Assembly (NCBI GenBank): GCA_951406725.2
Contig: OX597821.1
Location: forward strand, 52,700,001 to 52,764,000
Direction: 5' to 3'
DNA from: Octopus vulgaris
Taxonomy: Eukaryota
DNA length: 64,000 nucleotides
The position numbers and the translations under genes are program-made. This document shows, piece after piece, positions 27,001-40,379 of the stretch. Numbering within the stretch: position 1 is the first letter of the stretch; every line of letters starts with the position of its first letter. The notes under the pieces are model-generated. The model searched no databases, was not told where the DNA came from, and worked only from the letters and a program-made list of their open reading frames with translations.

Positions 27001-27709
27001 GCAAATATTTAGCCGATGTGATGGATCTGGGGATAATTTTCTTCATTCCGCAAACAAATCGTGAAGACCTTCTAAAGGTCATATGCATTATGTTTCTTCT
27101 ACTGAATAAACATGAGAAAGTAAAACAAATTCAAACTTTATTGCAACAATATCTCAGCAATAATGTTTGGGGTGCTAAGCTAACTTAGCAGAGAGAGATA
27201 TCTAACTGATATCAATATATGTGTTGTTGGCACTAAAAAAACAACTGCCTGTTTAGTTAAACAGAACAAGGCTGCTTAAGAGAAAATGAAACTTTATATT
27301 TTCATGCTCCTACTCGATTCCAATATTAGATATATTTCTGTTCTGTCGTGGAACATATTGTAATACAAAAGGTAACTTAGAGTGCGTATTTTCACTTCCA
27401 CTAGAGATATTTTTAACTTAGTAAATCTTTATTTCTTAATTATAAAACAGTGGCAGAGATGAATCTACAAAAGAACAACTAAAGCCCACTCTAACTGGTC
27501 GCATTCTGAAAATGGAACACGTTGAAGTGCCACTTAACATACCCGAATTTCTCAAATTGCTAATCAGGCTTGGGAGGTCTTAGGCAATTTGGAATTGCAG
27601 CACTCACTTATAGCAAAAATAACAATGGATGACGTGCCAAAAGGAGAGACATAACCTACTAGAATTGACAACCAGACATCTGAAATCTTTCTCAAATTAC
27701 AGTCTATAT

Positions 27710-28268
27710 CAGTGGTTCTCAAAATTTCCAAATAATTTTACGTGTCAGTCCCCTTACAATATTTTCGATGATTCGTGGGCCCTTATAAATTGCAGGAAAA
27801 AGACATGGAAAAAAAACATGGAAAAAAATGACACACTCGTGTACTGTAATTTTCGGACTATGAACCGCACTGCTCATAGACCCGCAACTCCGAAAACCCG
27901 GACTTTATCCGGGCTATTCCCCATTGGGATGCAAAACATACACGTGAAAATATAGGAAATTAGTTGATCAATTGGTTACAAAACAAATGAGGAACGAAAT
28001 ATATCGACATCACATGCTCGATCAACCATTATACCTGTATATTTTCTATCGGCCAAACTTGTTCAACGAGTGTGATTAGCAAGTGAATGTGTAGGAGTGG
28101 GGTGGGTTTTGAAGCCAACGTAAAAAGAGGGTGATAGCATGAGAAAATCTTGAAAGTCTTCAAATTTTAAAACTTAACTGTCTCAATCCACTCCGTTTTC
28201 ACAATACTTCAGCATCCCTTCGCGTTCCCCCTAAAATCGCTTCGTGATCCCCAGGTTGAGAACCACTG
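27710..28268. mobile_element. hAT (Charlie/Buster-type) non-autonomous element, 559 bp
   Basis: Perfect 13-bp TIR CAGTGGTTCTCAA...TTGAGAACCACTG and perfect 8-bp TSD gtctatat (27702-27709, 28269-28276). Confidence 0.93.
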
Positions 28269-28609
28269 GTCTATATTATTAAATGTAGAAGGACACATGG
28301 GATGCGGCAATCTTTGACTCATTGTTAGGGAAGTGAAACATGTGAAGTCTCATGGATAAGTGCCGTGTGAACAAAGGTGACGGCGGTGACCATAACGACG
28401 ACGGCGATGACGACGACAGCAGCAACTTCAACAATAACAACACTAATTCTTTTATTTTGGATGCAAAGGTGTTTTGTTTGTCGCAAATAAACCTGTGGAA
28501 ATAACTCAGCCATATCACCTTATAACAGAAACAGTCTATATAGTATTTCCTATTATATATGTATCATAAACAGTGTATAAATTACACATACATAAAAAAC
28601 AAACATACA

Positions 28610-28739
28610 TATACACATATACACCCCCCACACACGTATAAAGTATTATAGAGTATATACACTTATATTTTATCTCACTGCGTTATATATCATTTACTAT
28701 ATAATTCCTTTCTATAATAAACACAATCGCATATGAGTG

Positions 28740-28819
<80 letters not shown>

Positions 28820-28993
28820 CATGCAAAGAAACATGTAAATAGCTATATGCATATACACATATACAGCCCCCACACGTATAAATTATTATACAGTATATAC
28901 ACTTAAATTTTATCTCACTGCGTTATATATCATTTACTATATAATTCCTTTCTATAATAAACACACTCGCATGTGTGTATGTATGTATGTATT

Positions 28994-29040
<47 letters not shown>
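28610..29040. repeat. Tandem duplication with a 240-bp period (unique ~130 bp plus microsatellite)
   Basis: 'cacacgtataaa.tattata.agtatatacactta.attttatctcactgcgttatatatcatttactatataattcctttctataataaacaca.tcgcat' at ~28631 and ~28871. Confidence 0.92.
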
Positions 29041-29045
<5 letters not shown>

Positions 29046-30547
29046 GAGAGAGATAGATAGATAGATACATAGATACAGGGACAGAGAGACACACAGAGTG
29101 AGTATTCCTTTCTCTTGCATAACCGTATTTTGATATATTTGGTTCATGCAAGTAAGTCGCCCATAGTGCTTCTCTTTTGTCTTAAACGTATACGGTAAGG
29201 TTAAACTTTAATAGGTCTTTATTTTCGTATGTGAAGCCATTCAGGAAACATTGATCGATCTGGAGTATGTCTGCCTGCTGGATGATGTTCCTTTTCAATC
29301 GGTGATAGCAATACTATATAGCAATATAGATCAAAGAAATGTTTTATACAATATTCCCAATGGTTAAACGTTAACATTTATTTCCGTTCGATACTAATTT
29401 ACAGCCTGTAATTAATGCTTAATTGATTTCACATCTAGTTCTATAATCAGAGGTGTAAATCAATCAAATATTATGTAAGCTCTAAAATCTTTGGCATAGT
29501 TTTCTTTGATATAATCTGATACAAGACTAGTTTAGCAACAAATCTAGCCATGAAGCGGCATTTCACTTGGAAACCTCGATGAGAGGTCAAATAATTTATC
29601 AAAGATCTTTTAAACGCTGTTAAAGGAAAATATTTTAAATACGTTAGTTTCGTCGAAGGCGTAATGTATCTGGTATTGATTTATATGCATAGCAGACGTT
29701 TATGTAAACTGTATTTATACTTAAAGGTAAAGTGCAATTAAAATACACTTTTAGAGTTTTTTTTTATGATTAATTAATTTCAAAATAACTTATGTTGAAC
29801 CCGTCAGCTAAAGAAAAGAAACGATGTGTCATTGCTGTGAAAAGAAATAAACATTTATCTCTATATTTCTTTCGTCTTCATTGCTTAATTATTTCTAATT
29901 TAGATATAAGACCAACAATTTTTTGAGCGTGCAGTGGTTTAGTCAATTACATCGTAGTTACATTTTTGCTCTGTCCCAGGGAGGCAGAAAAGTGCCAAGT
30001 TTTATAGCTGGAATAAAACATAATGCAAGAATAATAGAAAAGCTATTATACAGAAGCAATTAAGCAAATATATAAAGGAAGTGTTTTTAAATACCTGGTG
30101 GATTTAATTTTCAATTTCTCTTCAATTTATGCAAAGGATTATATTTATTCTTTGTATTAGTTTATTAGTTTTAGTTTAAGTAATTTTTTCTGTTTCTAGT
30201 TTTCTGTCGGCCAACTTCGTCTGCTATTTTATACTCAAATACACATTTATTTAACCTGACACTGTAATGTATAAAGCTTGGATTTTATCTTTCCAGATGA
30301 ACATCGATCAAAAGAGAGGCAAGGAAAAACTGTTTTTAATTACATTAATTTAGCTATTCCTCATACTGCGACAATATCACAAATGGCTTCTTTGAAATAT
30401 AAAAGATTAGATATTAGGATGAAATGTCAAATAGACGTAGATAACGTAGCATTGGAACTATAGAAAAACAGGATGAAATATTGCAAGAGCGGTAGTCCGA
30501 CAGACTGTACCTCTGCTATATATCCAGTTTTAGTAATAGTATATATT

Positions 30548-30740
30548 AGTTTCAAATTTTGACACAAGGCAAGCAAGTTCGGGGGAGGGTATAAGTGGAT
30601 TACACAGACTCCAATCCTCAAGAAGTAATTATTTTATTGACCCCGAAAGGATGAAAGGTTAGATTGACTTCGGAGGAATTTGAACTCAGAAGGTAAAGAT
30701 GGACGAAATGTTGCTGAGCATTCTGCCCGGTATGCCGCCT
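30548..30740 (-). mobile_element. Family C SINE (tRNA head plus Meta/MESC-like core)
   Basis: Minus strand has B box 'gagttcaaattcc' and core 'cctttcatcctttcggggtcaataaaataa', ending 'ccttgtgtcaaaatttgaaac'. Confidence 0.8.
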
Positions 30741-33730
30741 TAGACATAGTATATATTAATGAAACTACAATCAATGTATTCAAAAGAATTGGTAACGTGC
30801 TAATACCTTTGCTTTGAGATTGAGTGCCGGGCCTAGCCGTTTCTAAATATTTAGGCTCTTACCTTGGTAGAAATAAAAATGAAATCTTTCACAAATGGCA
30901 TTTTGCCATCCTAATGAAAGAAGTATGTATTGGATAATTCAATTTTACATAAACTTTGTCACGAAAAGAGGGTATCGTCAGGAATTCGTTGGTTGATAGG
31001 TCTGTTCTTCCAATAAAGAGTTACGTAAAAATAGCAGCAAGCGCAACATGAAAAACAACGAGTAAACATAAATAATCTAATGGGCAGTAAACCACATGTT
31101 TGTATACAGTACCATGTTCCGCACCGTGTAAAGTATGATCTACATATGGGCTGAAGGCATGGTAGATCTACTTATAAATGGAACTGTTAACACCTGGTTA
31201 TTGTCTAACCATCCACATGCCTGACATATGTTATTGAATTTTCATTTTTTTTACTCATGGTCGTTTGGTTGGCAGTTTCATCAAACCTTGTACAAAATAC
31301 TTTGTCGTATTTGATTACAATTATTTAATTTTAAACTTGAAATGCTGCCTATTGCACTCCATCTCTTTCTTTTATCTGCTTACCCAATATATCCTCTTCC
31401 AAATCTATGATTTTTATCTATTTTCCCTTTATTATTGTCCCACTACCTGGAGCCTATATCAACTCAGTACTACGTTTGTGGAATATTTCATCTCACCAAT
31501 CACTGTTTGAGAATTTACCATTAATAATAGATATTATTGTGGATCTGCTATTAGAATTAATTTCTTTATTCAGTGAATGTTTAGTATTCTTAAGTACACA
31601 AAACTACAAAACAAACACTTAGAGATATAGATGGATACGTATATACGTATATGCTTGTCCGTGAGTGAATATGTATAAAAATGTGCATGCGTGTGTCGTG
31701 TGAGTGCGTGTGTGAATGTGTGTGTATATCTATGTTAATAAATGAAAAGGAAATAATAAAAGCTCAGTATCGTAACACAGATGCAGTTGAATTAACATGG
31801 AAGTTATTGCTTTCACTCAATAATTCACTGTATTTTTTTATAGTATTTCACGTGTAATAGCTGATGCATCTAGATATGGTATTTAATTCATTTCACCACA
31901 GACATCCTTTTGATGTATTTGACAAATATAATATTTGTCTCATTTACGAAGTAATTTAATTACTTATTGGAAAAATGTCAATGTATTAGATAATGGCAAT
32001 GAGTAGATGAATAATCGTGAAACATTGATGAATTATGGTAAAACGAATATGAGCAAGAATGAAATGAAAATGAATAATGATAAGAAATGCATGAATAATG
32101 ATGAAACAAGGATGCATGATGATGATATGTAGAATTCAAGATAAACAGAATAATGAATACAAAGGAGAAAAGTGGGAAAATAAATTCCCTGCTATGAAAA
32201 CTGTAGATGATATTTTCTTATCAAATTTTTAGACCTACTTTCATTCCGAAAACAGACAGCTGCAGTGTACAATAGGTATTTAACTTGAATTATTTACCGG
32301 GGCACTTAATCAGTCTATGTCGTAAGAATGAAATAGCTTCTATAAAAATAGATAGTTTCAATTCCTTTCCAAACATATAAGTGTTATTCTAAGTTTGAAT
32401 ATATGTTGATTTGCACTTAACAGTCATCAAATTTAATTAAACGCCGAAACGCTAGCAATGTAAGGAATTATAACTATAAGAATAGAATTTCTCTTGAGGA
32501 ATCCAATATACTATTAGTTAAAGCTACGGCACTCTATACTTCTTATCTAAATGGCAAAGCAAGTATTTTGTCTGTAGTTGTAAAAAGCATTTTGAAGGTT
32601 TCATTTAATGAAATTAAATTCATTTTTGGTGTCATGTTTCCAGGTACTCATTCAATAATATACCTAACCACTTAAAAAAATATATATATATAATAACGAG
32701 TGGTTGGTTATAATATTGAATTACTTTGCGTGAGGGTAACCTGCGAAGTTTTCACTGTAAAATGTAGTTCCGCAGAAGTTACGACTTCGCAAGATGTAAC
32801 AAATCACTAATAATGTTCCTTAATAATCGTAGAACGTAAACTTCTTACAAATGTTTACCTATTAGCAATAGATTTTCGTGGCTGCTTCTCTTTAATTTCA
32901 ATATATGCTTGAATTTATTTAGATTTACTTAACTCTCAAATACCTACATCAAAGACATCCAGGTTATAACTACCTGAAAATCACTTTAAATTTACTATCT
33001 AAATAAAAATGCAATGGCGAATTTGGTATTGCCTTACTCAATAAAATACTTTCGGAAATAATAAAACTTTGACTCTTCATATTATAACTGCATGTCAGGA
33101 TAGAATATTGACAGAATCTGCAGAACGGTAGGCATCGTGTTTCACTGTATGTAGCTACGGTTCTTTATGTTCGGTGTTCAAATCCCGTAGGAGTTTTGCT
33201 TGACACGAATATTTTGTGGTTGATAAAACAAAGTTCCTCTAAAGTTTGGGAGGTCTGTATAATCAACCAGAACCTCCACCAAAATGCATGATATTGTGAC
33301 CTTCTTAGGAACAATTACTGGCTTGTTGCCATTTTAGTTATTTATAAATGCAAAAGGCATGAAATCTTTGGTAAGAAACTGTAACTTGTCATTTATCAAT
33401 ATCAGGTTTATTCTCCTATTGATTTGATATGGATGACTATAATTAAAATATCATTGTTTAGGAAGATAGTTTCTTAGAGATGCATTTTGTCCAAATTACT
33501 CGCAGCAGAAACTGACTCAGTGGAACAATGACAGTAACATGTATACTCGTGTTCTCAACTAGGATGTTATTACTGAAAAGGGGATGAAAAACCAGACTTG
33601 AAAGAAAGATGTTCTGAAACAATTTGACAATATATAAATTTGGATAGCATTGTTCTAGAATTCTGAAGTATAAATGTTGTTGTATACATACATACTTATA
33701 CACACACATACATATATATACGTGTGTGTG

Positions 33731-33789
<59 letters not shown>

Positions 33790-33934
33790 GTATATGCATA
33801 TATATGTATGTATATATATAGATATATATATGCACACACACACATATATACATATACATGCATACATATATATTATACATATGTATACATGTACTCACAC
33901 ACACGTATACATATATACATACATACATACATAC

Positions 33935-33966
<32 letters not shown>

Positions 33967-34413
33967 ATATGTTCTTCGTTGCAAATATATATTTAAGGGG
34001 TGAATATATCTTATAAATCTGTGGAAGCAGATTATTGGACAGATTAACAACCATTCATATTAAATCAAGCTATCATTATACATAAACCATAGAGGAAAAA
34101 GTGACGTTAATAGTAAAAGTTTTCTTCCTCCGAACAAAGACATGAATAATGATAGTTAGTGTCAAGCATTCTGTCCACTCGCTCTGTAGTTGTTATGGTT
34201 ACATGTAGGTTAACCTAGTGAACACCTATGAAATTCTGAAGACTATATATTATTGAATAGAACTTTCATAAACCTATCATAAGCGGTAAGTAAAACACTG
34301 AGTGTTTGACACATCACTTCACATAATAATCTCTTCCTTAAGTATGTACAGGTTCTTATTGTTATAGGTATTCCTCTGAAACCGTACACTTATAATCAAA
34401 AGCCTCGCAGCAG

Positions 34414-34771
34414 TTCACTATCCTCTGTATAGAAAGGACTATCGTAGTAAGATTTCTAATGATATATGTTTATATACGATGGTCCCGCGTTTCTCTCTCC
34501 TAAAATTCTCAACACTGGAGTCATCTCCAATCAAAGATTAGAAATGAATTGCAAGGACCATCCTTATTTTCCTCCACTCCAATCATCAACAAGGGAGTTT
34601 CTTCTACACAGTAATAAAGCGACCAAAAGTATCAGAGATTTACTCGCAAATTACTTTCTTGTCTGGTCTGTATTAATGAAATTATATATAAGATAAAGAA
34701 GTCCTAATTATATGAAAATATCTCATTAGAAATCTCACTACGATAGTCATTACTGTACAGGGGATTGTGAA
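34414..34771. mobile_element. Fold-back/MITE-like element with ~60-bp clear TIRs
   Basis: Left 'ttcactatcctctgtatagaaaggactatcgtagtaagatttctaatgatatatgtttatata' vs reverse complement of right 'ttcacaatcccctgtacagtaatgactatcgtagtgagatttctaatgagatattttcatata'. Confidence 0.8.
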
Positions 34772-34779
34772 GGGTTACA

Positions 34780-35400
34780 ACCATGAACAACCACAACTTC
34801 CACCACAGCGTGAAGACGGCTCCAGAACACGAAACATGTTTTCGTCACTGTGTCCCTCGGAAGGGACCTCCTTGATCTTGGCCACTACTTCTGACTTGAT
34901 GCTGCAGCCAAAATAATTAACGAGTTTCTCAAGTGCTCCCTCACACTGGGATTAAAATGGAGGGAGTCAAGAGACCCGAAATTGGGGCCCATGAAATCGT
35001 AGAATTTCTCCGACAACTACTTATTATTATTTTCGGAGGTATGACAAGGACCGAATCCTGCCGCCACACATTTGGCCTTCCAGCATTAACCATCTCCAGC
35101 CACATATTGACAATGACCTCCAGCGGCTTCACAGAGCCGTCTGAATTAAACTTAAGTCTCTGTCCAATGATGATGGGAAGAATTCCGTCATTCAAATGCA
35201 GTCAGGACGCCTGTTGCGTCTTTTTTTGTTGGTCATGGCTTCATAGTCTCAATTGTATGACACATCTAAATGCTCTTACGGCATTTACATTGCCCACAGA
35301 CCATTGATCAGCAGCCATGGCGTCTGAACCTTGGTTGCCGACATAGGTAAATGATTTCCAATATTCTGAAGCATTTCAGTCTTCCATGTCAGCTACATTT
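34780..35400 (-). pseudogene. Decayed Tc1/mariner-superfamily transposase, catalytic C-terminal half
   Basis: Mixed frames give 'QRLKFNSDGSVKPLEVIVNMWLEMVNAGRPNVWRQDS(A)PCHTS...LSEKFYDFMGPNF..LDSLHFNP...VVAKIKEV...FWSRLHAVVEV', equivalent to the QQDSAPCH and WPPNSPD.NP motifs. Confidence 0.8.
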
Positions 35401-36045
35401 TTCTTAACACGACTTCCTGCTCTGCAATGGCGTTGAATGTTTATCAATACATCAAGCTGTTCTTGAAGAAAGAAGACGTGAAAATTTAGCCCGAACAACC
35501 TGTGCACATATACAAACATACATTCATTCATGCGTACGTGCATACATGCATGCACACATAATACATACATATGAACTTGCTGTTTCTTTTTATATACCCC
35601 ATCGATCATTACTACAGCAAATTTTGCTTAGACATTTAGACAACATTTGTTTTGTCATACACATTTTTGTCAATCATGCATTAAGTGATATTGACAAACT
35701 TTGTCTAGACATAAAACATTTTCGTGGCACAACAAAGTCAATTTAATTAATTTTACCTTCGTATATTATTGGTGCATTTCTCCTGTCAAATATTGAAGTT
35801 TCCTTTGAGCATTAAACCAGCTAGAAATAGAAGTAAAATCCATCTCAAATTATACTACGCTTCTCTTTTCTCTTTCAACACCAGCAATGAAGTACATCAC
35901 TGATGCCCTTATTGCTGTCGGGGTTCTCTCCCTTGTCAGTACATAGACTTTGCCTCTTATTTCTGTTGCAGCCCTGCACACTTAGTCACTTTGAGTGAGG
36001 GTGAATTTAAATCGGCTTTAAATTGCATCTAGACATCTTAATCAT

Positions 36046-36114
<69 letters not shown>

Positions 36115-36819
36115 GTGTCTAAAACCTTATAAGAGAGTTTTTGTCTACACCGAAGCAATGAAAAGCAAATAAGGGAGTATCAGGATTCAATGTCAGACTG
36201 TACGTTTCTTGTGTGTATTCAGCTCAATATATTGTTAAAATTGATGAACAGCGGACTGCCATGTCAACTGGCAGAACCCGGCCGAGCCTTTTGCTAAACA
36301 GAGAACCAAATATCCGTCGAATCATATTATTGAATCAGAATAGGCTTTAGATAATGTAGTTGTTGACTAATACTCTAAATAGAAAATATTGCAGTCACGG
36401 TTAGCGTTCCTTTGATTATGATTTTGCTCTCAATCTGTACTGCTTTGCAGAAAAACAAGAACTGCCTCATTATTATCAGCTTGTCTTTCGTGTGTCACAG
36501 ATTTGAATGTTATTCATGTCCATGTAGTTTTCATTGATTAATTCCATCCAATATTTCAACCACCATATCGATTTATTTCCTGCGGATAAAATCATCATAT
36601 TGGCAGGTGATAGGATAGATCAACAAACGTTATCGCAAAGCATCTCAGAAAATAGGCACATTACATAAGGTGTTCAAGATTTCATTTGCCTCATATATAT
36701 CCTCAAGGATAACGACACAGTGTTTGTGACGTTCAATCGTTTTCTATGGACAGTTAGAATCCGCCAACATCTTGCCTATATTTTCGAGACAAATGGACAT
36801 GAAGTGTAAGATGATTTCT

Positions 36820-37049
36820 TATATCTTTTATATTTAACTTGTCTTAGTCATTTGACTGCAGCCATGCTGAGGCTCTACCCTGAAGGGCTTTTAGTCTAGC
36901 AAATCCACATCATAACTTACTGTTAAGACTAGTACTTAATTTATCGAACCACTATGTTAAGGGGACATCAAAACCCCTGTTGTCTAATGATGGTGGGGGT
37001 ATAAACACAGACACAAACATGCACACATAGATATATACATACACACATA

Positions 37050-37094
<45 letters not shown>

Positions 37095-37216
37095 GACGTG
37101 CTTCTTTCAGTGTCCGTCAATCAAATCTACTAACAGGGCTTTGGCCAGCCCAAAACTTTAGTATAATACACAAGGTTTTAGTATAAGACTGAACTCGGGA
37201 CCGTGCGGCTGGGAAG
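36820..37216 (-). mobile_element. Family D SINE, diverged
   Basis: 'agtcatttgactgcagccatgctg...ctagtactta...acgacgtgcttctttcagt...actgaactcgggaccgtgcggctgggaagcaag'. Confidence 0.78.
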
Positions 37217-37327
37217 CAAGTTTCTTATCACATGCCTGATAACATTTTGTTCGACTTTATTTAAAACTATACTTACCATATTCTATTATTTCTTATTCAA
37301 TTTGTGCAGAATTCTGATTTAATATCA

Positions 37328-37840
37328 GCTTCAAACTTGGGTCTGAGGCCACCAATTTCGGAGGAGGACGTAGGTCGACTATCACGACACCAGTGTCCAA
37401 TTGGTACTTATTGTATCGACACCGAAAGGATGCAAAGCTACGTCGATCCAAGATGCATATGAATTCAGAACGAAAAGGCTGACGAAATGCTCGTCGCCTC
37501 TTCTGATTTAATATTAATTTCAACCATAAATGCAATCCACACATTTAGAGGAAGATACTGTTGTTTATGCTATTTCACCAGCATTTTTATTTTATCGATA
37601 CCAAAACGCTGAAAGATGAATGTCGATCTGTGTTTCATTTGAACGCAGAAACGAAGAGTTGTAATGAAATATGACAAGACACGTTTACCAATCGACAGCC
37701 CTCATTGAAGTAAATATTGTTTCTAACATAGGCACAATGTCATATATTGAAGCTGATGTTTCTTCTATTAAATCACGCCTTCTGAAAGATTAAAAATGAA
37801 ATTAACCTCGGTGGTATTCGAACGCAGAAGACAAACACTT
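37328..37840 (-). mobile_element. Cluster of 2-3 degenerate family C SINE copies
   Basis: Repeated 'tatcga.accgaaa..gatg.aa...tcga...tgaa(c/t)(g/t)cagaa' blocks at ~37410, 37590 and 37790. Confidence 0.6.
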
Positions 37841-38420
37841 GCAAGAAACCAAACTTATGCGATCTATGGTACCAAATATATTGGTTTCATCATTACCAGA
37901 GGCACCTCAACGTTTTAAATTAATTTCCTCAGCGAAAATCAGTTAAGTGTTATTCACGCAACGAACTTTGTTGATAAATGCATTATTATTCGCTTCTCTG
38001 TTTAATTTCCTTTCTCATTTATAAGTTCGAACATCATTCTGAAGAAGGTAATTTTGTGTTTATTTCTTTGATTATGTAAACAATGTTCATGAGTAGTCAC
38101 GATTATATATCCAATGATATCAAAATTCGCGTCCACAAATAAAGGAAAATAACAATATACGACTGATATTAAACCGATTAGAAACTCTATGTTTTTTAAA
38201 TGATTGTGGAAAAATTTACCTGTAGAAAATACAATATATAATGCTAAACTTTAAATGTACTCGAAATTTCTCTCTGCAAGTTACTAATAATAGTAAAGAC
38301 TTGTATATGACTACCAACTTCTCACGTACGCTGAAACAACACACAAAAAATATTGATCTGTGTTATAAGATAGATGACGGAATAAGCGCGAAATATATAC
38401 ATAGGCCCATGTACCTCTAT

Positions 38421-38790
38421 GTGGAGGCGCAATGGTCCAGTGGTTAGGGCAGCGAACTCGCGGTCGTAGGATCCCGATTACCAGACTGGGCATTGTGAGT
38501 GCTCATTGAACGATAACATCTAAAGCTCCACGATGCTCCGGCAGCGGGTGGTGGTGAATCCTGCTGTCCTCTTTCACCACGACTTTCTCTAATTCTTTCT
38601 TCCTCTTTCTGTTGTACCCGTATTTCAAAGGGCCAGACTTGTCACGCACTTTGTCATGCTGAAACTTCCCGAGACCTACGTTAAGGGAACGCTTGTCTGT
38701 GGAGTGCCCAGCCACTTCCACGTTAATTTCACGAGCCACTTCCACGTTAATTTCACTGGAACTCTCGTCGTCGTAACCGACGGAGTGCCC
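38421..38790 (+). mobile_element. tRNA(Arg)-like SINE, head A + tail Y
   Basis: Head 'gtggaggcgcaatggtccagtggttagggcagcgaactcgcgg' is shared with 42091. The 3' half 'gtatttcaaaggg...ctacgttaaggg...cacgttaatttcacgagc...ctcgtcgtcgtaaccg.cggagt' is shared with 4204-4526. Confidence 0.88.
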
Positions 38791-39695
38791 TGATACATGT
38801 ATGTATGTATGTGTTTGCGAGTGTATGTGTGTGTGTGTGTGTGTGTGTGTATTACAGCCGCGTGTGTAAGTACAGCCGTGTGTGTATGCTTATGTCACAT
38901 TTCTATGTAAAAGATCACACTTGTTATCAACAGCTGCCCAAACATGCTATCAAGAGACTACCTCTAACTGTGACTATGCAACGTGATCTTGCTAAAGGAT
39001 AATACAATACTATCACACGTACACACAAAAGACTATGCGAGAATAAATAAAGAGAACTCTTGAATACATACGCAAATATCAGCACAAACGTTGGATGGTA
39101 TATACTCATTAAAACTTCTTAGAAGTGCAAACACAACATGCTAGATATTGTTTGAAGTTCACAAGAAAAATATTCATAACGTCCGCTGCTCTCCTGATGT
39201 GAATATATCCTCGAAAATCAAAGTGAAATAGGGTAATAGTCGACAACTGCTTTGAAACCTTCATGTCCTATTCACAGATTATAAATCCCCATTTATACTA
39301 ATAATAATTGATTTTCTTAGTCCATTGTTACTTGACAACTTGGATAAACTAGTGTTTTATGAAAGCAAAATCAACCAGCGAACTTCCATTCTACAAATAC
39401 AATCTGTCAACAGACTAGTAAAATTATGCATTACTTTTTTTCTCAAGTTCAGAATGTGACATTGATTTCTTTATCTAGATTTCGACCAAATAGCTTTGTA
39501 TCTTTATTTGAAATCAGTTCTTTCTTATGATACTACACATAATTAGAAACCGAAGAGCACAACGCTACACGTACACACACACAAACACAGACACAGACAC
39601 ACACAGCTAAAAAATACATGTATATAGATATGTATGTATTTCTAGCTATTACTATCTATCTATATATCTATCTATGTATATATATATATATATAC

Positions 39696-39747
<52 letters not shown>

Positions 39748-40379
39748 TCAATAGGAGTGTAGAAAGTGACTGCATACATGCAGCATAGCTTATGGTGGTC
39801 GTTTCAAAATCTCTGTTTATTTATACTAAGAAATAGTTTCCTTAGAATTTTGAAGTTACGTCTACGTTTATTGTCTGCTACAAAGGAAGATATGAAGTAG
39901 GAGTCTGCGTTATTCTGGATATCATATATAACCTGTGAAAATGGAATATATTACTTTACGTTTTATGATCTTATCAGATATTGCACAACATAACCCTGAA
40001 AACAACTGGGCAGAAGTATTAAGAAACATTTAGATTTCTATAGTCAATACCTCTGTGAACAATCGAACGAGAACTTATTCATTTAATGTTTATATGAGGG
40101 AAATATATTACTAAAATGTTTCTAAATTGCATTGATACACTGGATAAGAGGGGGATGCTAAGTAATGTGCAGCTTATATGTAATAGATAAAATACTGTTA
40201 TCAAACTATTAACTCTATTTAATATTATATTTATAGGCTGATATAGAATCCTTAGGTAGTTCTACTTTATAATCTGTAAGAGCATTTTCAGGATCATGAA
40301 AATTATAAAGTTATGAGGAAAAGATTTATTCTTACATCAGAAAGTTGTATGATGTCTGTCCAAAAGGAAAGCAAAATTT

